The notes: a model not told the origin generated them from the sequence alone. A stretch of 64,000 nt of DNA from Octopus vulgaris (GCA_951406725.2 OX597831.1:14756001-14820000), one strand, 5' to 3'. Numbered from the stretch's first letter, positions 41,224-55,533 are shown. Translations and numbers: made by a program.

Positions 41224-41620
41224 AGGCAGCGAGCTGGCAGAATCGTTAGCCCGCCGGGCGAAATGCTTTGTGGTACTTCGTCCGCCGCTGCGTTCTGAGT
41301 TCAAATTCCGCCGAGCTCGACTTTGCCTTTCATGCTTTCGGGGTCGATAAATAATGTACCAGTTACGCAGTGGGGTCGATATAATCGACTTAATCCGTTT
41401 GTCTGTCCTTGTTTGTTCTCTCTGTGTTTAGCTCATTGTGGGTAGTAAAGAAATAGGTATCTCACCTGTCGCTACATTCAGATTTCAAACTCCGCCGTGG
41501 TCGACTTCGCCTTTCATCCTTTCGGGTTCGATAAATTAAGTACTAGTGAAATTCGGAGGTCGATGTAATCGACTAGTTCCCTCTCCAAAACTTCGGGCCT
41601 TGTGCCTATCATAGAAAGGA
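41224..41620 (+). mobile_element. SINE family B, long dimeric form
   Basis: Head plus two gcctttcat(c/g)ctttcggg domains, ending gggccttgtgcct..agaaagga. Confidence 0.9.
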
Positions 41621-42334
41621 TATATTCAAAGTAAGGTTGTGGAACTTATATAATGCAGGCTACGTATGTTTATTGGCTAATATGCGTAGTCTGCGTTATA
41701 TCCGTTTCGCTCCCTCAAATCAGATATTTTTCGCATCCATAGTAATTCTAGCTGCTAACCTTGATCTACAGAGAAACTTTCAGCTAACCAAATTTCCTCG
41801 TAATTTAGATATAGGGAAAATAATATAACCTTTGACACCAATAAATTGCATACTGTCCTCCTTTTGTGTTCTGGAAATGCCACGGGCTACTTGAAGGTTA
41901 TATACTTTCTTCACTTGGATCCCCGAATATTACTATCATGCGACGAGCTTCTTTCAGTTTCCGTCAACCAAATTCCATGACAAGGTTTCGGTTGATCGAG
42001 AGCTACTGTAGAAGATGCTCGCCCAAAATGACGAGCAGTGGTTCTGAACCTGGAACAATGTGGTTTGGAAATAAATAAAAGCCTTACCATATAGTCAAGA
42101 CAGTCATAAAAACATACTTCAATCTATCATTTACCACTTTGTTTCGGTTAAGATAATTTAATGAAAAGTTATGTTAATATTATTGATAAACTTATTTTAA
42201 AAAACTCCTACGACTGCCTCAAATATTACTAACTTGCGCACAGATATTTACAAATATAAGTGTCTTTATATGATAACATAACTGCTATAAATTGCAGTGG
42301 AATCTCAGTCAAATTAGCCAGAAAGACATATAAT

Positions 42335-42545
42335 CATTTCTACTCTTGACACAAGGCTCAAAACCTTTTGGGAAGGGGCCAGTTGATTAGATCGACCCAG
42401 TGCGCAACTTGTACTTAATTTATCGACCACGACAGGATGAAAGACAAAGTGGACCTTGGTGAATCTTGAACTCAGAACATAAAGACAGAAGAAATGCCGC
42501 TAAGCGTTTGGCCCAATGTGCGAATGTTTCTGCCAGTTCGCCTCC
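42335..42545 (-). mobile_element. SINE family B
   Basis: gtacttaatttatcgac..aggatgaaagacaaagt..gaactcagaac..ttctgccagttcgcc. Confidence 0.8.
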
Positions 42546-42815
42546 TTAAAGGCATATCATAATGACAAATACTGACGATTGACAGGGGACATTGTTAAAA
42601 ATTCCCCGAATAAAACTCAAAATAAAGGAAAAGTTAATAATTTCCTTGTACTAGGTACAAAGGCACTTTGTATTTAAGCTGAATGTGTATTAGATTCGTA
42701 ATTTAGATATAGGAAAAAGAATATAACCTTCAGAAATACTAAATTTCTAAATCTCTCGTAGAGACATGTACGGTGGTGGGGCGATAGATATCGTCAGCTG
42801 ACCGGTGTCTGCTAG

Positions 42816-42860
42816 TCTAGGCCGACGAAGGACAATCATCCTGAAACATGTGTCCCTAGA
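42816..42860 (+). ncRNA. Minimal type I hammerhead (U4 changed to C)
   Basis: TCTAGG-CCGACGA-AGGA caatca TCCT-GAAA-CATGTG-TC-CCTAGA: perfect 6-bp stem I and 4-bp stem II. Lies in cassette 42745-43025, homologous to 17193-17407. Confidence 0.7.
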
Positions 42861-44054
42861 TGCAGCTCGGGCGGCTGGGGGTATTTGTCACCCCTTCGTA
42901 AATGTATATAAGGACACAGGAAAAATGTGTCAAAGCCATCAGGAGGCGTCGATGCTTCCTAGGGCTAAACAGCGGTGGTGTACCCCCCTACTGTCACGTT
43001 CGTGTTAGATTGACAGTATACAACCATAATATAACCTTCGAGATCAGTAAATTAAATTTGTATTTAAGCTGAATGTCAATGATAGTCTTTTTAATTGACA
43101 GAAACTTTACATGATTTTAACGACATAAAGCCTGCAAAGCCATTGGTATCGAATTTGTAAATATAACATGTGTTTCCTTACTCGCATAGAATCTACGGTA
43201 AATGCTGTAGAATTTGTTGAGTGTCTGTAGAATTCGAAAAGAGACCTGGCAAGTGGAGTTCTAACTTGTGGAGGGAGCATAGCATTTCAGTTCCTGTTAT
43301 GAATTCTAGACTCATGAGAGTAATGTAAACTTTCGCATTTCACGTTAAACCTTTCACTTGCAATTAAACACTGGCGAAAGAACATAGAGAGAAATGTCAT
43401 CTTCTTCTAATCCATATCCCAGTTTATTCTCAATCAGATTTACTATTGCCATCATCCATTGTTATTCACACAGACTCTCGACATTTTTCATAGTTTTCAG
43501 GTTTTTCCTATAACATCTATAATTTGGTTCTGATGTATACATTTCTCCCACATATTCAAAGATATAAACCATTGCAACTCACATAAAATACAGATAACCA
43601 ATCTATTGTAACAATAAAAGTGATAACTTTATTTACTTCCATAAAATCTCAACAATTTGCGGAATGTTACATATATAAATTTAATATAAATTTCATTAAC
43701 GATAAAAGAGTGTATGTGAAGAGCAAAACTAAATATCGATTGAGAATGTTTCGTTCTTTCACCATTTTCGTTCAGTATCCTTCACTGACAATTATTTAGG
43801 CGAAGGTTCAAGATTTCTTTTCCACGATTACTTCGTCTTCCATCGTTTTCTGTTTATAGAAGGGCTAAATTACATAAACATTTAAAGCGATGGAGGTTAG
43901 CTTTCCAACTTATGCTCTTATATACAAAACTGACATCAGCACAGCAAGACAAATTCGGAAAGCGACAGGCAAGGGTGGCTATGTGGTAAGGGGTTTCCAT
44001 TGTAACCCCATCGTTTGGGATCAAAACCCTCTCATTAAGACATATATTCTTTTT

Positions 44055-44240
44055 TTCTTTTACTTGCTTCAATCGTTTGACTGCGGCCATGCTGGAGCAC
44101 CAATTTTAGTCGAACACATCGACCTCACGACTTATTCTTTGTAAGCCTAGTACTTATTCTATCGGTCTCTCTTGCTAAGTTACGGGGACGTAAACACACC
44201 AACATCGGTTGTCAAGGGATGGAGGAGCAAAGACAGACAC
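44055..44240 (-). mobile_element. SINE family A tail
   Basis: gactgcggccatgctggagcacc..cttattctttgtaagcctagtacttattctatcggtctc..aagttacggggacgtaaacacacc. Confidence 0.85.
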
Positions 44241-44250
44241 ATAAATATAT

Positions 44251-44292
<42 letters not shown>

Positions 44293-44368
44293 GCATACAC
44301 TCACACATACACAATGCTAATTGAAAATAGCTATAATAATGGTAGTAGTAATAGTAGTAGTAGTTGTT

Positions 44369-44404
<36 letters not shown>

Positions 44405-44879
44405 GTAGTAGTAGTAGTAGTAGTAGTAGGAGTAGTAGTACCAGCAGCAGCAGCAGCAACAGTCTATGCAGTAGCAACAGACTGAGTAGCGGCGGCAGCA
44501 TCTTCTTCAGCAGCAGAAGCGATATGTATACGCAAGCATGTATGTATGCCTGCGTAAAGGTTGAACCTGTGTTACATTATCATATAAGCAGTAATCCAAT
44601 CCATTATGCTAACATTAAAAAAACAACAAAGAACTGATACAAAAGAATTTAATAACCTTTGAAAATGCGATTTTGATTTACATCTTGTTGATATAATTAT
44701 AGATGCGTTGTTTCTATCTCATGTACATCATCAGTGAAAACGCCAGAAAATTACATTCGTTCGATTTTATTCTTCGTTATTTTAAGAAAAATAAAAACAG
44801 GAAAGAATTTGTTAAACAGGTATCGTTTCATTTGTTCCTCGTTTGAAAAAATTGACATAAAAGAGCTTAGCTGTCAGCA

Positions 44880-45045
44880 CTGACATGGCTGTGGCGGTTA
44901 ACATGCTCAGGTTACAACCACATATCTTTGGTTTCAGTTTCAGTTCCATTGCGCGGCGCCTTGACCAAATGGGTGTTTTCCACCATAGCCGCGTGCCGAC
45001 CAATGCCTTGTGAGTTAACCTGTTAGACAAAGACTGTGGGGAAGC
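44880..45045 (+). mobile_element. Degenerate SINE family A head
   Basis: atggctgtggcggttaa..gttcagttccattgcgcggcgccttgaccaa..gccgaccaatgccttgtgagt. Confidence 0.65.
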
Positions 45046-45066
45046 TCTTTATATATATATATATAT

Positions 45067-45119
<53 letters not shown>

Positions 45120-45321
45120 TATATACAATTAAATAAGCGTACAAATTGATATTAATCAAGTAAAACCAGTGGCCTAGTATATTTAAAAAAATCCGGAGAT
45201 TAAAAATTGCTTTACATACAAAATTTAGAGGACTGACCACTAAAATGGGACAGCCAAATGGCGATTTGACGTCTATATCTAGCATATAGACTGTCCACTT
45301 TTAGTGTTCAGTCCTCTAAAT

Positions 45322-45485
<164 letters not shown>

Positions 45486-46004
45486 TATATTCTTTTACTT
45501 GTTATAGATATTTGACTGCGGCCATGCTGAACAAATCCATTTTTTGTTGGCAAACAATCTTTACTATGATTCCACTGTAGTAGACTTATTTCAACCATTC
45601 CAAAACTCACAGACACAACTTTGTTTGAACAATTATTACCTGGTATTACATTTATTAATTGACATCAAATTATGTCGCACTGTCTGTGGCCTCGTCACAA
45701 AAACAGTTCTACAGCAACGAAAACTAATTCAATAACCAGGTTGAATCAAGTTAGTTACTCGATCGTCGCAGACATTGCGACAAAAAATTTGGCACTACTT
45801 CATAGGTAGTGTCTGCGTGGTTTTAAATGTTTCAAATGAAGTTTTCACGCAAACTTATAGATTCTATATTTTCATCTATGTTTAGAACTAATCTAGAATT
45901 CGATAGACAAGACCATATATTATCATTAATGCATGGTATGGCAATGGTTACACGGACATCCTGTCTATAATCATATTTTTATGGGGGAAAGTGTTAATAA
46001 TTGT

Positions 46005-46318
46005 AAAGACTCCGCTCGGTCACAGATGACCATGGGATTGCACCTGGAAAGTTACCCTCCGAGGTACAAGTCTGGTCAAGGTTGTTTATGGGAGACCAGC
46101 AGTCGCCCATAAATACCAACCTCCCCTCTCCACGCCACCGATGTTTTACAGGGTAAAGATCGATACAACTTGGTACCAGTAACGTCACAACTCATTTCTA
46201 TAGCTGAGTGATCTGGAGTAACGTGAAATAAAGAGACTTCATCAAGAACACAACCCAACACATAGCCCGGTCCGGGATTCGAACTCCCTACCTCATCATT
46301 GTGAGCCATAGGCCTTCA
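46005..46318 (-). mobile_element. SINE family C
   Basis: Reverse complement of 34591-34890; gggattcgaactc B box. Confidence 0.85.
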
Positions 46319-46929
46319 CTTCAAAGTGTATTACAAAAGTTATTTCAACATCCATTGTGTATGATTATCCCAATAAATATATCATGCCTTCTGTCCAATA
46401 CACGAATCCCTTGCATTGCGGTAGTAATGTGCTCCGGACAACAGTGTAGTAATGCGAAATACCAAAACCTAACGTCGCCGCAGAATAGAAGATTCTTGTA
46501 TATATTTTATTGTAAATTCAGAGAAAAGACAAAAAAAAAAAAAACAGCAACAACAACTTTAGGTGCCACTAAGGCCATGTGCCACGCGGAGTGGAAAAAT
46601 AAAAACTAAAAAAAACAAAATGTAGCTGATGTTATGTGCTATAAACAAACCACGAAGTTAAATGTGTGACACCTCATCGGTAATTGAAATCCTGGTGTTT
46701 CGGTGAAATCATTTTTTGAATTCTGAACTTTGACGGTACATCATATTTCCATGACCACTTACACCACATCGAATTTATTGAGCCCTCTTCCATCCAATAA
46801 ACTCTCCTGAACTTACAGTCACGATTATTCCACACACAGACCCTCACCAACTTCCTAAGAAGCCAGATTTTTCTTAATCGTTTACAATTTCCATCGTATT
46901 TTGATATCCGTTACTTATATTTAAATCTA

Positions 46930-47240
46930 TTGTTGTTGTTTGTTCCTTCTCGAGTCACGCCTGCCTCATTAGGGGCCGGTTTATCGCTTTCCTTGGCGTA
47001 TAGGTTCCCCACTTGGACGGGACGCCGGTCCGTTGCAGGTGAGATGCAAGATGCAGGAGGAAAGAGTGAGACAAAGTTATGACGAAATCGTCAGCATAAG
47101 AGCGCCATTACTTTCTGCCGGAGCCGCGTGGAGCTTAGGTGTTTCGCTCATAAACATACACATCACCCAGTCTGAGATTCGAAACCGCGATCTCTCGACA
47201 GCGAGCCCGCTTCTCTAACCACTAGGCCAGGTACCTCCAC
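46930..47240 (-). mobile_element. SINE family F (tRNA head, (CAA)n tail)
   Basis: Minus strand gtggaggtacctggcctagtggttagagaagcgggctcgc..ggtttcgaatctcag (A and B boxes), ending aacaaacaacaacaa. Confidence 0.75.
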
Positions 47241-47869
47241 ATATTTAAATCTATGTAAATTAAATTTCGTAATCGTTCCCGTAATATCAACTACGAACAA
47301 AAACATTTGAATTAATATTTTCTGCTTCAGCAATAAGTTTTCCTGTAGGTATAGTTTTCGTACCTAACAATGAAAACATTTCATTCTTGCTCTATAAACA
47401 GATATTTGATGGAATACTGGAAATAATTGAGAAAGCCTGAAAAACAGTATTTTGTAAGAAGAATCCCCAGCGGTGTCTCTGCTTCGCGTAGCGTAGGTAC
47501 AGTTCTTTTTCTTTTTTGAAAACGGTGGGGTAAAACCACGTTTCACTGTTAACGGCAATAAAGTTTTGAGCGAATATAAGTGATGTATATATAGATATGT
47601 ATATATATATATATATGAAGTAACAATAAAAATAGTCTTTGGATAGATTTTATAAACATTTTCTGCATTGCTACGCACGTATCCATAAATAACATGTCTA
47701 TTAAGATCACAGTCTGGGATATGTGGAAACGCGCGTAGCGATACATTAAATATTTATTTAATTCTATCCAAGGATTATTGTTATTATCATATTTATCCTA
47801 CATTATCGGTACAACCCCAATTAGCTGGTTCATCGACTGTAGCCGGCATAAGAGAACAAGAGCTTTATT

Positions 47870-47920
<51 letters not shown>

Positions 47921-48512
47921 CCTTTCGTACCCCGTTTGAAATAACCTTTCAATTATTGACACGTAGCGTAGCTAGGGATTTGGGGGGAGAGGGATAGACC
48001 CTAGTGCTCCATCCATATTTATTTCATCCACTCCGAAACGATGAAAGGTAAAGTTAACCTCGGCGAAATTAGAACACAGAACGTAAGAGCATTTTATCCG
48101 ACACACCAGCATTTCTTGCAGCTCGCCAACTTCATCCTGCATAGAATATCGCCAATAAATCTATTGCAGTCATAAAAGTGACATCTTTATTTCCTTCCAA
48201 TAAAACTTAAACAATTTTCGGAGAGAGAAAAATCTAAATTTAATATAATATATTCTGATGATAGATTTGTTTGTGAAAAATAAACATAAAATAGATTTAT
48301 ATCGTGCGAAATAAATATCTATTGTCATATTCTTTTTATACGACTTGTAGAGTGACAACAGCACTATTGGATTTGTTTTAGTCATCTTTAGTTTGTATTG
48401 ATTTCTATATAAAGAATAGTTTTACCTTCCGATATGAAGCGATGTAACTCAATGTTTTGTCTTATACGGCAGTGAGCACAGACACTGACATCTTCTCTCT
48501 TTCATACACAAT

Positions 48513-48544
<32 letters not shown>

Positions 48545-48652
48545 CAGATACACACATAAAGTGAATGCTGACTGATGCAAGATTTGAACTCAGAAATATA
48601 TTTCTGCAAAATGAATTATACGTAAGATAGATTCTCCTGGAAACTTTCTTTT

Positions 48653-48760
48653 GTTACAACGATCGTTTCGGCTTACATTTGCCATGCTCCCTGGTGATTA
48701 GGGAATTATATAATGGAATCGTATGCTCCCGAAAGTGCAGGAGGAACTTCATCAGGTGAC
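48653..48760 (-). ncRNA. Hammerhead motif with extended stem II, partly decayed
   Basis: GTCAC-CTGATGA-AGTT...(two internal hairpins)...AGCC-GAAA-CGATCG-TT-GTAAC; one mismatch each in stems I and II. Confidence 0.55.
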
Positions 48761-48842
48761 GAAATAGGCCTCGAAGTTATAAAATTTACATTTAACTCAT
48801 AGGTGTAGCTGGACGATATTGAATTTTGTGTGTGTGTGGAGC

Positions 48843-48878
<36 letters not shown>

Positions 48879-49048
48879 GACAGAGAGAGAACGCTTTGTT
48901 GGTAATTCCATTTCTTTCTTCATCTCACGTCTTTCCATCTACCTTGCTCTAAGCCTTTGACGTTCGAATCTTTAATGCTCAATATTCACATGGCTTTAAG
49001 GCGGCGAGCTGTAGAATACTTGCCGATAAATAGATAGATAGATAGATG

Positions 49049-49092
<44 letters not shown>

Positions 49093-49580
49093 GAGAGAGA
49101 GAGAGATAGAGAGAGAGAGAGTTAGACTGAAAGATAGAGAGATAGATACAGAAATATATAAAAGTTTTACTTCTTCGAAAGACATGAAAAGGCTAGTTTT
49201 GCACAGTAGAACTCGAAGTAAATAAAGCTATAAATAATAACGTGCAATAATGGTTTCAAACCCCTTTGGATAGAATGAAAACTCCGAAGGTTGTCTTCGA
49301 CATCTTCTCAGGCATTTTTGTTACCGGAATATTTATACTCTACTATTTATAGATTCAGCTAGTCCCAGTTTAACTGATGTATACACACACAGCACAGGTA
49401 CACACGCACGCATACATACACACAAACGCGCGCGCACACACACACACATACAAGCATACACACACATATACATATACATATATATATATATGTATGTATG
49501 TATATGTGTGTATGTTATAAATTAAATATCTACTATAAAAAAATCAGAGGAAGTGAAAATGGAATTTCTTAGACACCATT

Positions 49581-49688
49581 AACCCCTGCGATCGTTTTGA
49601 CCCATTGTGTATCGGTATCTTGCGGGTGTGATCCTGGACAACTGTCTCGGGTGCATCCTGCGGTGCATTTGTGTCTCGTCAGGTGATT
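49581..49688 (-). ncRNA. Decayed hammerhead (G12 changed to A, cleavage triplet lost)
   Basis: AATCAC-CTGACGA-GAC...GTC-AAAA-CGATCG-CA-GGGGTT. Confidence 0.5.
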
Positions 49689-49789
49689 TTCTAAAGGTGC
49701 CACACTCAATAAACTTGGTTTCGTTTAGTTCGATTATAATGCATTTCGTTATTTGCCTGTAGGTGGTGGAATACAGGTACATTTTGGAA

Positions 49790-49896
49790 AGTCACCTGAC
49801 GAGACGTATCTGCTTTGATGGATGGAGCAGAACTAGATGTTGAGAACCTCACCCTCGAAGGATCGGTGCAAGATGGTCGAAACGGTCGTTGTGATT
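49790..49896 (+). ncRNA. Type I hammerhead ribozyme with intact core
   Basis: AGTCAC-CTGACGA-GAC(g)TATCT...AGATG GTC-GAAA-CGGTCG-TT-GTGATT: 6-bp stem I, extended stem II, GUU site with predicted cleavage after 49890. Confidence 0.75.
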
Positions 49897-49962
49897 CACA
49901 AAGAATATCGTGACTTTGACATCAGGTAGCCGAAGACAATGAACGTATTTTCATCGGCATAC

Positions 49963-50066
<104 letters not shown>

Positions 50067-50351
50067 TGAGTGTGCGTGTGTGTAATTTACACATTTACAA
50101 TTGTTATATATATTTAAATTTTATATTATTCCTGCCATTTACACAATTAGGTATTATAAAATATGCAGCTAGATTATTTTTGTAAGAAATATAGAAACTA
50201 GTATACGATGAAAAGCTCTTATTCTTTTCTCCTCTTGGCACAAAGCCCGAAATTTTGGGGGAGGCAGTCAGTCAATAAGATCGACCCCTGTATCCAGCTG
50301 GTACTTAATTTATCGACCCCGAAAGGGTAATAAGAATAATGGAGGTACAGT

Positions 50352-50649
50352 ATAATAATATCAAACGCATGTACTGGTTTTAATATATTCACTTTCATTG
50401 ACACTGACGGTGTCACACACCGAGAAGGTCTGAATGAACACCATCATTTTCGTGGCACAAAATGATGCGGCGTCATGTCCTGTGTAGTATTTTACGAAGC
50501 TGTGCTTTGGTGATTGTTGCAAAGGCTACCGAAACAGCATCCTTCAAATGTCGGGTATTCTGGTGTCGCTCTTGTGAAACCCTCTCATTAATAATAGAAA
50601 ATTAAAACAATATTTATAGGTGGTGACAAGGCTTTCGGACCACCCTATA
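50352..50649. mobile_element. Tc1-like terminal fragment
   Basis: Ends ggtgacaaggctttcggaccaccctaTA; inverted homologue of 38820-39110. Confidence 0.65.
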
Positions 50650-50899
50650 CGTTATACGATCTGCGTTTTGGATGCATTGCTGCACTTTACTCTTGCTTAT
50701 CCCGACCCTGTAAAGAGGCCCTGATTGATATGACTCTCGACAAAGGGCCTCATGTATATAACCATCCAGTATTTCCCCTGTAAGCTGCTAACCAACCTAC
50801 ATTCTGTTGCCTCGTAACATGAAATATCGGTGATACGTGTCTGATAATTCTAGCAAGTCAAATGTATTTAAGATGTTATATTATTTGTTTGCTTTTATA

Positions 50900-51108
50900 T
50901 TTCTCATGAAATCACTGTCTTTTGTCTTAATTAATTCTGAAAATAATTATGAATTTTTAGGATAACTTTGTCATTAATAACCAAATGTTTGGAACAGAAA
51001 CTAACACGATATTTTGATGGAAGATTTCGATTTAGGTCACATTAATTCGAGAAATGTCTGTCATATAATCAATGATCGTTTCAGGCAGGCTGGTATGGGA
51101 AAGGTTAA
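50900..51108. mobile_element. Possible TTAA-ended (piggyBac-like) MITE fragment
   Basis: Ends caggcaggctggtatgggaaaggTTAA; partner end not found. Confidence 0.3.
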
Positions 51109-53093
51109 TGCAAGATTTGAAACTGCGACGGCAGAACTACTGTGTTGTATTTTATAATAGTGTGTCTGTGAAATACAGATAACAATATACGATAGAAACG
51201 GAAGTAAAGTATTCTAAGGCTTTTCTTTTCATACAAATTGCACAATTTAGTATTCCCTTTAAAACCTTTTAAAATCAAACCGTAGTTGACTAAAGAAACC
51301 CGATTTACTAAAAATCTATGAGTAAGATCTTAATTAATATTTCCATTGTAATTGGAAGTTGTTAAATGAACTGTATTATTTCTCTTTCTCTTTCACAGCA
51401 AACCTTCACGAACGCGCAATTATTTGCCGTGCCAAACCTGTCGATATAATCATTTCAACATCTTGCCGATTGTTTAAACAAATGTTATTCACAAATGCAC
51501 TTTACCTCTTGCAATCCTTCTCAATGTCGACAGCTCTTTCATTTTATCTTATTCTTTACTTTTTTCTTCCTTTTTTCTTTTTTTGCCACCAACCGATACC
51601 GTCTTTAACATCACCTCTCCTTTCTAAGCATTATCAGTTTGCATCTCCATTTCATATACTCAATGTTCTTTAATTAATTCACTCCTTCCACTCTTGTTCT
51701 TTAATCTTGTTAATCTTATCCTCTCATTCTCACAGAAAAATCTACTCTCAAATCAATTTGTATTTCAGTTGGAGTCAGTATTTTCAGAGAAATATAGAAA
51801 AAGAAGAAGAGGGAGAGAGAGAGAGTGAAAGGGAGAGAGCATACAGTGACTGAACATTGCTGTAGAATTACTCATTCAAGATAAAATTTATCGAAATGTT
51901 TGAATGAAGGAGAGGAGAATTTGTCACTTGGCTGTCAGAAAAACGTGTTGATTTACGATTGAATAAATGACAAGTCACTGAACTAACCTTTTGTAAAACT
52001 AGTCTGCCACTCCTCAGCAAATACACAACTATTTACGAGTTACACTACTCTAAACTTTTGAAATATTCAAACATAATATTATGTTTGTTGATTAACCCTA
52101 GAGCTTTCGTTATCAAACTGATCTGTGATATATGGTAATTCCAACCGCGAACTTAGACTCTTTCAAGAAGTACATCTAAAACTAACGTGTTCTTTGATTA
52201 TTAAAACTAAACGAAGTGATCTGAGAAGGATTCGAAAGGAAGTGACGCCTTCCTTGGTTTATTAAAGTAATTATCATCATCAATGAGATTATTTAAATTA
52301 ATTAATTAGATCAATTAAGAGCTATAAAATCAATCTATGTTCGCTTATTTGAAATTGATGATATTGTGATTTACATATCACTTAGGAAATTGCTGATTGG
52401 CATTTACCAAATTACTGTTTAAACTGAATATTAAATTTTCTCTGACGGTCCTTGAAGTGGTAGTGTCGTTAGTGTTAGAATATACACATTAAGGTATTTA
52501 TTGTGATTCTTTACGTTACGAGTTCAAATTACACCGAGATCAACTTTGCTTTTTGATTTCTCGGGTGGTGATAAAATATAGTACCCGTGAAATACTGGAC
52601 GAGTCGTTATGATTAACTAAGGACACACTTCTTAGTTTCACATTGTGTTTGTGTTACAAACTATTAAGAATTATCATTAGAAACACTGCACATTGTCAGT
52701 GCTTTGTCGAAGTACCTTGTGGTATTTGCGCTTGGATTCTTCAGATTCTGAATCCAAATTCCGCCAAAGTCAACTTACCTTTTTATCCTTTCAAAATCAG
52801 TAAGAAGACAGAAACAATAAGACAACAGACCACGTGAAATCCTCACCAACAACTACCACCCAAACAGAGTCATAGGTTGGAGTGGTGTCATTTGAGCGAG
52901 GCAAAGGTGTCATCCATCAATAGTAAGTAATCACCGATAAATGGCAAATGGATTGACACGCTCGACAACGCCTACTCCAAAATAAAAGCTTTGATAAAAC
53001 TTAATTATATTCCGACCAAAAATTAGTCCAGGCCATTTACTAAATCTCTATACCAGTGTATACACACACATACACACACACACACGCACACAT

Positions 53094-53138
<45 letters not shown>

Positions 53139-53144
53139 TATATA

Positions 53145-53307
53145 CGACGGTCCTATTTTGGTTTCCGTCTACTAAATCCACTCACAAGCATTTGGTCGAA
53201 CCGAAGCTATAGTAGAAGACACTTGCCCAAGGTGCCACGCAGTGAGACTGAACCAGGAACCATGTGGTTGCTAAGCAAGCTACTTACCACACAGTCATTC
53301 CTGCGCC
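53145..53307 (-). mobile_element. SINE family A head and body
   Basis: gtttccgtctac..aaatccactcacaag..agtagaagacacttgcccaaggtgccacgcagtg..cttaccacacagtcattcctgcgcc. Confidence 0.9.
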
Positions 53308-53769
53308 TAAAATACGAAGACAGTTGAAGTAACAGTAAGCAGGTGTATTAGTTTCACGCTGGAGCCCACGCTCTTGGACAGAAAGAATTGAGAAGAAATA
53401 TATGTATATATATGCACATATATATATATTCATATACATATATATATATACCCTATTTGTCTCCAATTACGGAATATCTCATACTCTGGGATGTCACAGA
53501 AACAGCTGTAAAACTCTGAATTTTTTTTTCCTTTAATAACAATGTACATGACTTGAGATGTTTGCCTTGCCTTAACTTTTGTTGTCCTCTTTAACAATTA
53601 TATATCCGCTATATTGGAAATCTACAATGGCTCCATAACTACCATCTCGGCTATATCAGTGGGGCCCTAGTGATTCGTTACAGCACTTACCTAGCGTACC
53701 TAACCGTTTAGGTCACCTGTGAACTAAACCCCCATATTTTGTGTGCGCATATATATATATGTGTGTGTG

Positions 53770-53834
<65 letters not shown>

Positions 53835-55228
53835 ATATATATGTATATTTATATACAGAGAGAGAGAGAGAGAGATAGGGGGGTGAGATTGATAAAAATT
53901 GCACTCAGTACTAGAATGTCTTCTCATTTATCGACGCCGAAATGATGATACCCAAAGCTGACTTCAGCGAGATTTGAACTCAGACCGCAGACAACCAGAT
54001 CTAAAACAGCGAGGCATTTCTTCTCACGCTCTCACAGCTGGTAATTCGTCCTAAAATACACTGACTATTTTGTTCAGTGGCAATATTCGGTTGATAACAC
54101 TGAACACATTAGAGATATTTGCAGAAATCGTTCAGATATTTGACATGTCTAACTCGTAGCTTCATTTTTATATTCTTGCTGAAAATGATTAACGTTGATA
54201 TTGAACAATAAATTTTAACTCAAATTATAGAACTGGCAGAGTTAATTTAATTTGTTACACAGATTTACGAGCTCAGTTCATGGAGAACTGCAACCGTTAC
54301 AGTAAAACCCCTAAGATGATTCCCAAATTCTTGTTCTTCTCTTGGTTTTATTTTAATAGACACCGGCCATGTTTTGCTACACTCTGTGGTGTGGCCAATT
54401 GTAGCGATTCAAGTATTTATTTGTATCCATTTCGGCAGGACAGAAACTTAAGCTGCGTAATGATTTATATCTGTTTCAATTTGCTGCCAAATTCCAGTAA
54501 AGTTAAGAGAACGAGAACAGCCGATAACATAGATTATACTACTTGAATTATATTTTATTTTATCGATTTTAAAGTGACGAAAGATATTCTGTCCGATGCG
54601 ATGGCGATTCTCCCAGCTGAGCCCCGAATAATTTGTTATATTAGTTTCAAATTTTGGCACAAGGAGACCAATTTTAGAGAAGGGGAGAGTCAATTACATC
54701 GATCCCAGTGCTCTGTTTGAAACGCTTGTGTCGACGCCGAACGGTTGAAAGTCAAAGTCCACCTCGGCAGCCAAGACGACGAGCGGACAGAACCGTTTAG
54801 CGGCATTTCTTCAGTTTTAGTGTTCTGAGTTCAAATTCTGCAGAGGTTGATTTTGCTTTTCGTTATTTCGGGGGTCAAATGTAAATAATGTAAATAATGT
54901 ACACACATACATACACACATATATGTGCATGTGCATATACATGTGTATGTCTACATATGCATGTGTATATGTATGTTTGTGTGTGTACATTTATGCACAC
55001 ACACACACAAACACACACACATGCGTTTGTGTCTGTGTTAATGCCTACGATTATAAATTCTGTAAGGGAGAGTAACTACCTGAAAATGAAGAGGAAGTAC
55101 TCACCCATGCGAGAAATAAAAAGTGTTAAGCTCTTATCGTGTTTGACAATACTTTCTTAGGTATGTTATTGACAAAACTAGAGACGGAATAAAAAATAAT
55201 GGACATAAAATAAAAATAATATTAACGG

Positions 55229-55333
55229 AGCAGCAGCAGCAGCAGCAGAAGCAGCAGTAGAAGCAGCGGCAATAGCAGCAGCAGCAGCAGTAGTAGCAGC
55301 GGCAGTAGCAGCAGCAGCAGCAGCAGCAGTAGC

Positions 55334-55379
<46 letters not shown>

Positions 55380-55459
55380 ATGATAATAATAATGATGATG
55401 ATGATAATAATAATAATAACAACTACAACAACAACAATAATAATAATAATAACAACAAA

Positions 55460-55533
<74 letters not shown>

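Noticed and set aside
49235-49320. Minus-strand CTGAGAA...GAAACCA
   Set aside because: G8 is lost without compensation and the stems are unconvincing.
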